Assembly (NCBI GenBank): GCA_050246815.1
Contig: JBFWVI010000005.1
Span: 41,292-105,291 of the forward strand
Source of the DNA: Bdellovibrionales bacterium
Lineage (GTDB): Bacteria; Bdellovibrionota; Bdellovibrionia; Bdellovibrionales; UBA1609
Direction of reading: 5' to 3'
Length of the DNA stretch: 64,000 nt
A model generated the notes under the pieces. The model was not told the DNA's origin, ran no database searches, and worked only from the letters and a program-made list of their open reading frames with translations. The position numbers and the translations under genes were made by a program. Shown in pieces: positions 1 to 9,571 of the stretch. The number at the start of each line of letters is the position of its first letter. Within the stretch, counting starts at the first letter, position 1.

Positions 1-112
1 CCCTTAAATGCCTTGACCAAAGCCTTTGCCCGACTCGACATCCATCCCCAAGCCTCGACGAAACAAAAGTCCAAATTCAGGGGGCGAAAGTCGTAATTGG
101 CCTACAGTCCTG

Positions 113-139
113 TCAAGAATCCGATCCCGTTCCCGAAAT
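113..139 (+). promoter_or_regulatory. Putative sigma28 (FliA) promoter of flagellin
   Basis: TCAA-N15-CCCGAAAT resembles TAAA-N15-GCCGATAA; lies ~250 nt upstream of fliC. Confidence 0.55.
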
Positions 140-388
140 GTTTGTTGTCACCCGCTGATTCTCATTGGCGAGAACAATTGGTGATGGCTCGAGTGAAGGT
201 GCCCGAGTCAACGTTCGAAAGGAGGCTTCACGGACGACGACAAAAGTACAAGGAAACTTATTTACAAATAAGTTTTAGTACCGAGATTCGAAAGTTAAAA
301 AAACCTAAGGCTGGGATGCCGCCCCAAAAAGTACGGGGGTTTTACAAGGAGGGATTTTGAGAATGTTTATAAATAACGGAGGATAACT

Positions 389-1225
389 ATGGGATTACGA
401 GTTTCAACAAATATTGCGGCAATCAATGCGCAACGCAACTTAGTGGGTAGCCAAACCCAAATTCAAGACAGCTTAGCCAAACTGGCAAGCGGAAGCCGAA
501 TCAACAAAGCCGCTGACGACGCCGCTGGTCTTGCGATTTCGGAAAATTTAAAAGGCCAAATTCGTTCGGCCCGCCAAGCTAACCGTAACGCCAACGATGG
601 TATTTCGATGGTGCAAACGGCTGAAGGTGGTTTGAACGAGATCAGCAACATCATCATCCGCATGCGTGAGTTGGGCATCCAAGCCGCTTCGGACACGATC
701 GGTGACACTGAGCGTGGCTTCATCGACAAAGAGATTCAACAAGCCAAATCGGAGCTTCAGCGTATTGCGTCTGTGACCACTTGGGGCACGACCAAATTGC
801 TGGACGGTTCGACTCCGATTTTCGACTTCCAAGTCGGTTTATACAACAATGCAGAAGAAGATCGCATCAGCTTTGACTCTTCGGTCAACGTGGCGACTTT
901 AGATGCCTTGGGGTTGGCAGGCGTGGACTACACCAGTAAAGAAGGCGCCCAAACCGCGCTGCAAGCTCTGGATGTGGCCCAAACTAACGTCAACGGCATG
1001 CGCGCCAATCTTGGTGCTCTGCAAAACCGTCTGACCTCGACAACCAACAACTTGTTGATTGCAGAGGAAAATATGGCGGCTTCGAACAGCCGTATCCGTG
1101 ACACTGACGTGGCGCAGGCCTCGGCAGAATTGACCCGCAACAACATTTTGCTGCAAGCGTCAACGGCTGCCCTGGCTCAAGCGAACACCACCAGCAGCGT
1201 CGCCCTGAGCTTGATCCGTGGCTAA
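389..1225 (+). CDS. fliC: Flagellin
   Basis: N-terminal 'LASGSRINKAADDAAGLAISE...NANDGIS' and C-terminal 'LGALQNRL...SRIRDTD'; SD GGAGG upstream. Confidence 0.97.
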   Translation: MGLRVSTNIAAINAQRNLVGSQTQIQDSLAKLASGSRINKAADDAAGLAISENLKGQIRSARQANRNANDGISMVQTAEGGLNEISNIIIRMRELGIQAASDTIGDTERGFIDKEIQQAKSELQRIASVTTWGTTKLLDGSTPIFDFQVGLYNNAEEDRISFDSSVNVATLDALGLAGVDYTSKEGAQTALQALDVAQTNVNGMRANLGALQNRLTSTTNNLLIAEENMAASNSRIRDTDVAQASAELTRNNILLQASTAALAQANTTSSVALSLIRG

Positions 1226-1256
1226 TTAAGCCATTCCCATCAGTAGATCCAATTTC

Positions 1257-1349
1257 GGGCCATCCGCAAGGATGGTCCTTTTGAAGACCACCCTAAAATG
1301 GGTGGGTCCCTTAGAGACCCACCTGAAAAAAGGTGGTCTTCTTTTTTTT
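1257..1349 (+). terminator. Tandem hairpins and intrinsic terminator after fliC
   Basis: GGGCCATCC-GCAA-GGATGGTCC, then GAAGACCACC...GGTGGTCTTC (with an inner GGTGGGTC/GACCCACC stem) followed by T8. Confidence 0.8.
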
Positions 1350-1419
1350 CTAGGCAACCCCGCTAAACATCATTACGATGGGCCCTTGTAGTTGTTTTTT
1401 TAATTTCAGGAGTATGTCC

Positions 1420-1905
1420 ATGGCGAAAAAGAAGAAAAAAGCGACCAAGAAAGCAGCGGCTAAAAAAGCCAAAAAGGTAACCAAAAAAGCGGCTAAAAAG
1501 GCGACCAAAAAAGCTGCCCCCAAAAAGGCGGCTAAGAAATCGACCAAAAAGGCCGCAAAAAGCACGGTCAAAAAGGCAACCGCGAAGAAGGCGGCGCCCA
1601 AAGCCGTAAAGGCAACCAAACCGGCAAAAGCCTCTAAGCCCAATGTCCCTTCACTTGAGGACATTGTGTCGGACAACAACCCGACCAAACCCATGGGCAA
1701 CCCGTTCAAACCCGACAATAAAAAGCCCGTCGTGCCGGCCCACGCTGCAGGCACCGATGACGACGACAAAATGGGTTTTTCGGATATGGACGAAGAGATC
1801 GGCACCACCGACGATTTCACGGACTTAGAAAGTGAATCATTTGAAGAGGCCGAAGAAGCCGATGAAGAAGATCTCGAATCGGACGACGAAGAGGGTTACT
1901 TCTAA
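1420..1905 (+). CDS. Histone H1-like Lys/Ala-rich protein with acidic C-terminal tail
   Basis: KKA(A/T) repeats over ~70 aa and a D/E-rich tail ending EEGYF; AGGAG SD before ATG 1420 (1414 also possible). Confidence 0.8.
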   Translation: MAKKKKKATKKAAAKKAKKVTKKAAKKATKKAAPKKAAKKSTKKAAKSTVKKATAKKAAPKAVKATKPAKASKPNVPSLEDIVSDNNPTKPMGNPFKPDNKKPVVPAHAAGTDDDDKMGFSDMDEEIGTTDDFTDLESESFEEAEEADEEDLESDDEEGYF

Positions 1906-1933
1906 ATCTAGTCCTTTTAATTTGAAGACTCTT

Positions 1934-1961
1934 AAAAAGACCCGGTTACCCGGGTCTTTTT
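1934..1961. terminator. Bidirectional intrinsic terminator
   Basis: AAAAAGACCCGG-TTAC-CCGGGTCTTTTT between convergent genes. Confidence 0.85.
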
Positions 1962-2002
1962 ATTTGTGCATCGCATCATCTGGCGGCAGGCACGGCTAGC
2001 CC

Positions 2003-3109
2003 TTAAAAAGAACTCATGACCCTCAAGCGATTGGCCATAATATGATCCCGCAACCTGGTCCGGTGCTCGGGCCAGGTCCCAGCAAGACTGCTCTGAGAGA
2101 TTTTTTCGGCCTCTTCCAAATGGCTTAAAAAACTGAGTGCACGCACATACATCTGCGGCGGGTTAAATAAAGTCGATTTAAAGTGGTCGCGCAACCAATC
2201 CAAAGGACTAACTTCATTGCGGCCCCGCGGGTTTTTTAAATCTTTTAGAATATGTCCCAAAATCAAGTCGGCCACGGCATCGACGCGCCCCTGGTCACCC
2301 GACAGCACCGACAAAACTAAAAAACCAACCATGCCGGTGACGTGATCCACGTCCCGCACCAGTTCCGCTTCGATTTGCTTCAGCTTCGGCTCAAGAATGG
2401 TTTTTTCAAACTCGGTGTTTTGCGAGTCTTCGCGCAAATATTGGCGCAACGCTAAAAAGGCCTGCACCCGCTTTTGCAAAAAAATCCGGTATTCTTCAGG
2501 CAAAAGCAAACTGGCCAGATGCAAAAAATCGTGCAGGTAGTGATTCATGTTTTTACGCGGCGAGGCCAATGGCAAAAGCACGTCCCCCGTGCTGCCAAAA
2601 TGAATTAGATACTGCAACCGACTGACAGCCCGTTGAGCATAAAAGCCCACCGACCATTGCGGAAGCCGACTTTTCAATTGCGACACATTTTTGATCAACT
2701 CCTCGGGCAGTGGTGCCCTTAAGCTATTGCCTTCGAGCCAAAAGCCAAGACTTTTGCCCGCCGCCGGGCCAAAAATCACCAGCGGCCAACGCACGTCGCC
2801 CAGTGGATCCACATCGCCGATGGTGGTGAAATTCGACAGCCATCGCCCCAGCAGACTTTCAATCAGCAAATGCTCGTCAGCGTGATTCTCGGTCTCGACC
2901 CAATAGACTTTGATCGGAGCCTGCAGATCACTTGGGGTATCGGGGTCTTCTGAAAACAAGGTGTCCACATGGGTATGAAACTCATCGACGACTTGGCTTA
3001 ACCACAAATCGCAAGTCCCTGGCTCGGTTTCTTCAGCCCAAACCTGGAAGCACAAGACCAGCAACACAAAAGAAAGACATCTTAAGAAATAAACCCCGCC
3101 CACAAACAA
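2003..3109 (-). CDS. Hypothetical exported protein
   Basis: 368-aa ORF with signal-peptide-like N-terminus (..VWA|EE); exact start uncertain. Confidence 0.7.
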   Translation of the reverse strand: MFVGGVYFLRCLSFVLLVLCFQVWAEETEPGTCDLWLSQVVDEFHTHVDTLFSEDPDTPSDLQAPIKVYWVETENHADEHLLIESLLGRWLSNFTTIGDVDPLGDVRWPLVIFGPAAGKSLGFWLEGNSLRAPLPEELIKNVSQLKSRLPQWSVGFYAQRAVSRLQYLIHFGSTGDVLLPLASPRKNMNHYLHDFLHLASLLLPEEYRIFLQKRVQAFLALRQYLREDSQNTEFEKTILEPKLKQIEAELVRDVDHVTGMVGFLVLSVLSGDQGRVDAVADLILGHILKDLKNPRGRNEVSPLDWLRDHFKSTLFNPPQMYVRALSFLSHLEEAEKISQSSLAGTWPEHRTRLRDHIMANRLRVMSSF

Positions 3110-3192
3110 ACCTTTGCCTCACAAAACAAAAACGGCTCTGCCTTTTCAACAGAGCCGCGTCGCCCTCAAAGAGAAACCTGAATTTAAAAAAT

Positions 3193-4278
3193 CTAGTTCA
3201 CACCCGGAGTTTTGATTCCCGGCATCGGCTTGGTGTGAACCGCATAGCGTTCAAACTCGCCGTACTCATGCAATTTGTTGTAAAGCGTCTTGATGGTGAT
3301 ACCCAGTGCATTGGCGGCCTGAGTTTTATTGCCGTCAAAGTAGTTCAGGGCCTTCAAGATGTAGCGCTTTTCAAGTTCGTGCAGGGTCATCGTGGGATCG
3401 TAATCGTCGATCACGATCTTTTGATCCGGGTTTTTAATATGCTCAGGCAAATCGCCCGGCATGATCACATGGCCTTCCGACAAGATCTGCAGGCGCTCAC
3501 AAACGTTTTGCAGTTCTCGGATATTTCCCGGCCAGTCGTATTTCATCAAGATTTTCATCGCGTCTTCTGACATCTGACGGCCGCGGTTCAGCATGCCGGT
3601 CTGATTGTGCGCCAAGAAGTACTCGACCAAAGATTGAATATCTTCTTTACGACGACGAAGCGGCGGCGAATGCACCATGATGGTGTTAATACGATAGAAC
3701 AGGTCTTCGCGGAAATTGCCGCGAACCACTTCTTTATCCAATTCTTTATTCGTGGCGCTGAGCAGCCGGATGTCGACCTTGATCGGATCCTTGCCACCCA
3801 CGCGATAGATTTCGCCCTCTTGCAAGAAGCGCAAAAGCTTCGACTGAATACCAGGGCTCAATTCGCCAATTTCATCCAAGAACAAGGTCCCGCCGGTGGC
3901 CACTTCAGCCAAACCGATCTTGCGCGAGTAAGCACCAGTAAAGGCGCCTTTCTCGTGACCGAACAATTCGCTTTCTAAAAGAGTTTCACGTAAAGCGCCG
4001 CAGTTGATCGCCACAAAAGGCTTGTGACGACGGTTGCTGCGTTCATGAATGGCATTGGCGATCAGTTCTTTACCTGTGCCGCTTTCGCCCAAAACCAAAA
4101 CGGTGGCGTTCGAAGGTGCCACGCGATCCACCATGCGCATCAACTGACGCATGACTTCCGATTTGAAGACGATTTTCTTGTTGCTGTCGACCATGGTCGA
4201 ACCAGTCAAAGTCGTTGAGCTCGGCAAAGCCTGATTCTCAACCGGAGGTAGGATCGAGGTCTTATCAACTCCAGACAT
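3193..4278 (-). CDS. Sigma54-dependent enhancer-binding activator (AAA+ and Fis HTH) with no N-terminal sensor domain
   Basis: GESGTGKE Walker A, GAFTGA, FLDEIG, REDLFYR, WPGNIREL and C-terminal HTH 'GNKTQAANALGI'. Confidence 0.95.
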   Translation of the reverse strand: MSGVDKTSILPPVENQALPSSTTLTGSTMVDSNKKIVFKSEVMRQLMRMVDRVAPSNATVLVLGESGTGKELIANAIHERSNRRHKPFVAINCGALRETLLESELFGHEKGAFTGAYSRKIGLAEVATGGTLFLDEIGELSPGIQSKLLRFLQEGEIYRVGGKDPIKVDIRLLSATNKELDKEVVRGNFREDLFYRINTIMVHSPPLRRRKEDIQSLVEYFLAHNQTGMLNRGRQMSEDAMKILMKYDWPGNIRELQNVCERLQILSEGHVIMPGDLPEHIKNPDQKIVIDDYDPTMTLHELEKRYILKALNYFDGNKTQAANALGITIKTLYNKLHEYGEFERYAVHTKPMPGIKTPGVN

Positions 4279-4445
4279 ACGTACAGCCCCTTCGCTTTAG
4301 TTTTTAATAAGATCCGATTAAGGACCCGCTACTAACGTTCTGCAGCAATAACGTAACACGGCGTTCTAACAGATGCTTAATATGTAAGCAAGGCAATTTT
4401 GCACGGCGCAGTGAAGGAATTCTAAGCCTATGATATGACCTAGTA

Positions 4446-5426
4446 ATGCCCCAAACGCCCCAGACGAACCTAGCCTTGCTGGCTATTAACTATCTGAAAC
4501 ACCAGCACTTTGTAAGAGCTGCATCGACAGGTACTTCCAAGTCTTATGCCAATGACCTCAGCCAATTCTTACACCCATTTGGTATAAAAACGATTTTATA
4601 CGCTCCTGAGAGCAGTAGAGTTTTTACTGTCGTGTTTTCTAACGGATTTGAAAATTTTTCAGAGTCCTCTCCTGCGCAAATTGTCAGCCCAGAGACGCTT
4701 TATGACCTTTTAAGAGTGGCCCAAGAACGTTGGCGATGGCTTGCGACGGCCTCCCGAAATCGCAAACTGGCATGCCTGAAAAGCTTCTTTAAATGGCTTT
4801 ACCAAGAAAGATGGCTCGAAAAGGACATGGCCGCCCAGGTGATCATGCCCAAGGTGCCCACCCGTCTTCCCCACTTCATCGCCGTGGACGAAGCCTTGAA
4901 CGTGATCCGTACACTAGAAGCTCAAGGTCCCCCAGCCCGTGAACGCCTGGCCTTGATCCTTCTATTATATGGAGGCGGTCTTCGGGTCAGCGAGGCCTGC
5001 ACCCTAGCCTGGAAGAATATCGACCCAAAAGCGCGCACCATCAAGGTGTTGGGTAAAGGGAGCAAGGAGCGCCTGGTTGCCCTGCCGGATTTATGCTGGC
5101 CCACTTTAAGTGGGCTTGAGCGGCGAGGGGCTTATGTTTTTGGCGAGCGCCCATTGAGCCCGCGCAAGGCTTATCAGATGGTGCGCGAAGCAGGCGCCTT
5201 GTGTGGGCTGATCAAACCTTTACATCCTCACGCACTTCGGCACTCCTACGCCACTCACTTGCTGGCGGATGGCGCTGATTTACGTGTGCTGCAAGAGTTG
5301 TTGGGCCACAGCTCCCTGACCGCCACACAAAAATATACTCATCTTTCAGTGGATCATTTGGCGCGATCCTTAGAACAACATCATCCGCTTTCAAAAGAAG
5401 ATTCCACCGACAAAACCTCTGACTAA
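4446..5426 (+). CDS. xerC: Tyrosine recombinase, XerC/XerD family
   Basis: GLRVSE, GKGSKER, HPHALRHSYATHLL, LGH and TQKY catalytic motifs. Confidence 0.8.
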   Translation: MPQTPQTNLALLAINYLKHQHFVRAASTGTSKSYANDLSQFLHPFGIKTILYAPESSRVFTVVFSNGFENFSESSPAQIVSPETLYDLLRVAQERWRWLATASRNRKLACLKSFFKWLYQERWLEKDMAAQVIMPKVPTRLPHFIAVDEALNVIRTLEAQGPPARERLALILLLYGGGLRVSEACTLAWKNIDPKARTIKVLGKGSKERLVALPDLCWPTLSGLERRGAYVFGERPLSPRKAYQMVREAGALCGLIKPLHPHALRHSYATHLLADGADLRVLQELLGHSSLTATQKYTHLSVDHLARSLEQHHPLSKEDSTDKTSD

Positions 5427-5486
5427 CAGCGCCCCGGCTAGACGACATCAGCGAAGCTTGTTAAGCAGGACTAGTGAGGGCCTGAA

Positions 5487-6023
5487 GTGAAACGCAAAGC
5501 CGTATTTTTGGATCGCGATGGAACCCTGATCGTCGATCGTATTTATCTTAACGACGTAAAACAAATCGAATACCTGCCCGGAGTATTCACTGCACTACGC
5601 CTGCTGCGCGACCACGGCTATGTTTTTTTGATCGCCACCAATCAATCAGGCGTGGCCCGTGGCATAGTGGATATTGGAAATCTGTACGCTATCCACTCCC
5701 AAATTAAAGCCGACTTTGCCCGTGAAGGTGTGGACCTGCTCGAGTTCTATTATGCCCCTTATATGACCGACACCAATCACCCTTTGCGTAAACCCAACCC
5801 CGGTATGCTTGAACGTGGCGCCTGGGACTACAATGTGGATTTGCGACAAAGCTGGATGGTCGGCGATCGCATGACCGACGTTGAAGCGGGCCATCGCGCC
5901 GGATGCAAAAGTGCGCTGATGGGAGTGCAAGAATCTCCGCAAGGGTCTTCATACGCAGCCCCCGAAATTCACGCCCCTGGCTTATATGACGTGGCTGAGC
6001 AGATTTTAGCCTTCTCAATCTGA
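5487..6023 (+). CDS. gmhB: D-glycero-D-manno-heptose 1,7-bisphosphate phosphatase (HAD)
   Basis: FLDRDGT, TNQSG, RKPNPGM and VGDRMTD motifs. Confidence 0.88.
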   Translation: MKRKAVFLDRDGTLIVDRIYLNDVKQIEYLPGVFTALRLLRDHGYVFLIATNQSGVARGIVDIGNLYAIHSQIKADFAREGVDLLEFYYAPYMTDTNHPLRKPNPGMLERGAWDYNVDLRQSWMVGDRMTDVEAGHRAGCKSALMGVQESPQGSSYAAPEIHAPGLYDVAEQILAFSI

Positions 6024-6110
6024 GACGATGAAAGGTTGCTCACATTTGTATCGAGGAGCGATTTAAGAGAGGCTTCTCAACTTGGAGCGTCTTGGCTTGG
6101 GATACTTGAT

Positions 6111-6137
6111 CAAGTTCAAGTCCTTAAAAACCGAAAA
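6111..6137 (+). promoter_or_regulatory. Putative sigma28-type promoter
   Basis: CAAG-N15-ACCGAAAA, ~40 nt before ATG 6177. Confidence 0.4.
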
Positions 6138-6176
6138 ATAATCATAGCCTTAGCTGTGCTTTGAGGAGAGGTTTTT

Positions 6177-7346
6177 ATGGCCTTTTATAGAACGTTTGTG
6201 GTGCTTTCTCTGAGCCTAACTTTTGCCGCCGTCACGCCTGCTTGGGCCGCCGAAGCTCATGGGGTCTTGCAAGTGGTCAAGGGCAACGTGCAAGTCAAGT
6301 CCGCCAAAGATGGCAAAATCAGCAAAGCCAAAGTCGGCGCTAAAATTTTCTCAAAAGACACTATTATCACGGGCAAAGATTCACGTGCCAAAATCGTGAT
6401 GGTCGACAACAACGTGATCAATGTTTCACCCGACACCCATTTGGAAATCCAAAATTACGAATACAAACCCGAGCAGGGCAAAAAAGACGTTCTGCTGAAT
6501 GTGCTGTACGGTAAAGTCCGCTCGAAAGTGGAGCAAAAATACGACGGCAAAAGCAGCAAATTCGAGCTGAAAACGCCGACCGCCGTGGCCGGTGTGCGCG
6601 GCACGGATTTTATGGCGGGATATTCGCCTACGACCAACTCTTCTTCGATCGTCACTTTTGAAGGTAGCGTGGCCTTCGGTCAACCAGGACCAAACGGCAC
6701 CATTTTGAATCCAGTGTCGGTGACACCGGGGCTCACCAGCGAGATGGTGGGCAATCAGCCGCCACCTCCACCTCGCCCCGTGCCGCCTCAGCAGCTGGCG
6801 GCTTTGGATCGTGACACCAAGGCAGATGCTCCAGCCGCGCCACCGGCCGCAGGCCCGGGTGAACCGCGCACTCCAGCAGCGCAAGAGAAAAATGAAGATA
6901 AGAAAGACCAACCAAATCAGCCTCAACAGCCTGGCGCGGCAAATGAAAATAAAGAAAACAAGGACAACAAACAAGTAAGCAATCCCAACAATAGTGGTGG
7001 TGGAACAGCCGCTGCAGGCCGCGCCGTAGGCAGTGCAGTTGGCGCGTCCGCGAGTGCTGCTGGCAATACGGCCGGCGGCACGACGGCGACACCTTCACCA
7101 GGCACAGGACCCGGCATGCCCGCCGTTGGTCGTGAGCCCGCTTCGATCGGTGGGGGGGGCTCGATGTTGTTGCCCTCCGATTTTGCCGGCGCGCCAACCG
7201 CCAATGTCTTGCCCAACTTAGGAAGCGTGATGCCCATAATTCCCTCGGTGAATCTGCCTGCTCTGCCAACCAATACAATTTGCGATTTCTGCAATCGCTT
7301 GATCGAAGACGGCAACAACACACTGATCATTCGCGTGAATCACTAA
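6177..7346 (+). CDS. Exported FecR-domain protein with long Pro/Gly/Ala-rich tail
   Basis: Signal peptide AWA|AE; 'KTPTAVAGVRGTDF' FecR-like motif. Confidence 0.85.
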   Translation: MAFYRTFVVLSLSLTFAAVTPAWAAEAHGVLQVVKGNVQVKSAKDGKISKAKVGAKIFSKDTIITGKDSRAKIVMVDNNVINVSPDTHLEIQNYEYKPEQGKKDVLLNVLYGKVRSKVEQKYDGKSSKFELKTPTAVAGVRGTDFMAGYSPTTNSSSIVTFEGSVAFGQPGPNGTILNPVSVTPGLTSEMVGNQPPPPPRPVPPQQLAALDRDTKADAPAAPPAAGPGEPRTPAAQEKNEDKKDQPNQPQQPGAANENKENKDNKQVSNPNNSGGGTAAAGRAVGSAVGASASAAGNTAGGTTATPSPGTGPGMPAVGREPASIGGGGSMLLPSDFAGAPTANVLPNLGSVMPIIPSVNLPALPTNTICDFCNRLIEDGNNTLIIRVNH

Positions 7347-7380
7347 AGTCCAGCGGGCAGTCGTGGCTAGACTTAGAAAT

Positions 7381-7409
7381 GGACCACCAAAAAAGTGGTC
7401 CTTTTTTTT
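7381..7409 (+). terminator. Intrinsic terminator
   Basis: GGACCAC-CAAAAAA-GTGGTCC followed by a T run. Confidence 0.7.
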
Positions 7410-7456
7410 GCTTCTGCCTCTAAAATCAAAGAGTTATTTCAACTCTGGGGGCTTTC

Positions 7457-9571
7457 TTGGTGCAAACATCTGGCATTCGCATCTTGGCACTTTTTATACT
7501 GACGGCATCTTCTGCCCTTGCGCAAAACACGACACAACCAACGGTGCTCACAAAAGCCTCCGTGGGCCAACAAAACTTAAAAATCGTCTATGGATCACCC
7601 GCTTGGAATTTAGACAGCACTCGACCAGATAGCGCGTTTTTATTCATGCGCGATAAAACCAGTGGCAAGATCGTCAAAATTCAACTTGAGGAGACCGAGC
7701 CCGACTCTTCGATTTTTTCGGGTAGTTTCGCCATCTCAATGGGCCCAAACGGCGGGGCCGTGGATCCCCAGGTTTATATTCCACCGCGCGACATGCGCAA
7801 TAACGACGAAGCCGTAAAAAAATTCAATCAATTGCTTTCATCGGGTCAAATTCAGGCCAAACCCCTGGTGGTCAAGGCCAGCGACTCAGGCTCAAGAATG
7901 CTGGACGTCTACGACACCAAAGACCAAGTGGCCAAAGCGCAGCAGGCTTATGCCAATGAACAGCAGGCCAAGCTCGAGACCAAAAACTCTTTGACCAAAC
8001 CCATCGTCAAAACCCAAGAACTTGAAACCGCAAAAAAAGCCGAGCAGCAGAACTTAATCAACCAACTGGCCATCGAAGCGGCCCAGCGCGAAGCAGATCG
8101 AGTGCGAATCGAACAAATTGAAAGACAAAAAATCCTCGAACGAGAACGTGCGGCGAAGGCTCTCTCAGGCGCAGAGCGCGACAACCGCAAAAAGAAGGCT
8201 GCAGAATTCGCTGCACAAGCGCTTCAGCACTACCAAAAGGGCGAGTTCCAACAAGCTGAAGAAAAATTTAGAAAGAGCGTTGAACTTGATCCCGAGGACA
8301 AATCCTACTACTTCCGTTATGGCGTTACCTTGTATCGCACCGAAAAATTCAACGACGCGTTAGTGACCATGAAACTCTCACCGCAGGACTCCAAAACCGA
8401 ATTAGAAAAAAAATACTACATGGGCTTGATCCACTTGCGATTGAAAGAGCTGGATCCGGCCCTTTTACTGATGAAAGAGGTGGGCGGTCAAAAGCAATCT
8501 GAATTGGCCGCTTCTGCCGCATTTTACGAAGGCATTATCCATTTCACCAAAGAAGACTACGAGGCTTCACGTGAGCCCTTTGAGCGCGTTCTTGACACCT
8601 CAACAGATCCCCGTTTGGATGCTCAAGCTGAAGAGTATTTGGACAAGTTGAGCGCCTTGATTCAGCAGAAAAAAATGATGTCCAAACGCTGGTTCTTGAG
8701 TGGCATGATCGGCACCATCTACGACTCTAACGTGTTGTATGCGCCTGACACCGAAACCACCCAAGGTGGCGCGACGGCAGAAGGTGACATCCGTCTGCAG
8801 GCGTCGGCCGATGCCGAATACCGTCCGGTCTACAACAACACCCACGAGGCCGGAGTCAAAGCCATGGGGTATTACATGGTGTCGTCCAAAGATGAGGTGT
8901 CGCGTGCCGACCCTTTCTTGCTGAACCTAGCCGTTCCCTATAGCTACAAGGGCAATGTGTTTGGCAAAGGCTCTAAGGCCGGTTTTAAACCGGGTTTTGA
9001 AATGGTCTACATGGACGCCAATGTTGATGGCGATCGCGAACTTGTTCTGCAATCCATTTTGCTGAATATGGACAACACCTTTGTTATGCGCAAAGATTGG
9101 TTTGCGAACTATTCTCTTGAACTTCGCAACGACGACTCAAAAACCGAAGACTCCACCGGCGACAACAACGCCGATGCGGTCAAGATCAGCTTACGCACAT
9201 CACAGACCTTCCTGCTGGACAAAGCTATGAAACAAGGTTTGATCGGTTCGGCTGGTTATGTGCTCAATCAAGCTAAGGGCGACAACAAGTCCTATAGTCG
9301 CTACGAGTTAGGCGTGATGTACATGAAACCCACGCGCTGGGACGCCCTCTGGAACATCGGCCTGTCGCTTTATTCGCTGAAGTTCGACAAAGCCGACACA
9401 GACCGCAAAGACACCAACGTCACCTTTTCAACCGGCCTAACCAAGCCAATTAAAGAGTGGGTCAGCTGGAACGTCAGCGGCTCTTATAGCAACAATGCCT
9501 CAAGTGAATCGGACAATCAGTACAGCCGCTACACCTTGTCGGCTTCAATGATTTTTAATTATTCGCTTTAG
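7457..9571 (+). CDS. Exported TPR protein with C-terminal outer-membrane beta-barrel
   Basis: Signal peptide, coiled coil, TPR repeats (ALQHYQKGEFQQAEEKF), then 'YDSNV' and amphipathic beta-strands ending 'FNYSL'. Confidence 0.8.
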   Translation: MVQTSGIRILALFILTASSALAQNTTQPTVLTKASVGQQNLKIVYGSPAWNLDSTRPDSAFLFMRDKTSGKIVKIQLEETEPDSSIFSGSFAISMGPNGGAVDPQVYIPPRDMRNNDEAVKKFNQLLSSGQIQAKPLVVKASDSGSRMLDVYDTKDQVAKAQQAYANEQQAKLETKNSLTKPIVKTQELETAKKAEQQNLINQLAIEAAQREADRVRIEQIERQKILERERAAKALSGAERDNRKKKAAEFAAQALQHYQKGEFQQAEEKFRKSVELDPEDKSYYFRYGVTLYRTEKFNDALVTMKLSPQDSKTELEKKYYMGLIHLRLKELDPALLLMKEVGGQKQSELAASAAFYEGIIHFTKEDYEASREPFERVLDTSTDPRLDAQAEEYLDKLSALIQQKKMMSKRWFLSGMIGTIYDSNVLYAPDTETTQGGATAEGDIRLQASADAEYRPVYNNTHEAGVKAMGYYMVSSKDEVSRADPFLLNLAVPYSYKGNVFGKGSKAGFKPGFEMVYMDANVDGDRELVLQSILLNMDNTFVMRKDWFANYSLELRNDDSKTEDSTGDNNADAVKISLRTSQTFLLDKAMKQGLIGSAGYVLNQAKGDNKSYSRYELGVMYMKPTRWDALWNIGLSLYSLKFDKADTDRKDTNVTFSTGLTKPIKEWVSWNVSGSYSNNASSESDNQYSRYTLSASMIFNYSL

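Noticed and set aside
97..360. 87-aa ORF upstream of fliC
   Set aside because: TTG start with no SD; it overlaps the sigma28 promoter and the structured leader
141..388. c-di-GMP or glycine riboswitch in the fliC leader
   Set aside because: The consensus cores could not be matched by eye; only generic hairpins are present
1420..1640. Tandem DNA repeat or CRISPR-like periodicity
   Set aside because: Explained by degenerate codons for the KKA peptide repeats; there are no spacers
4446..5426. Phage or ICE integrase marking an island
   Set aside because: Xer-like size and motifs, housekeeping neighbours, and no att repeats, tRNA or cargo
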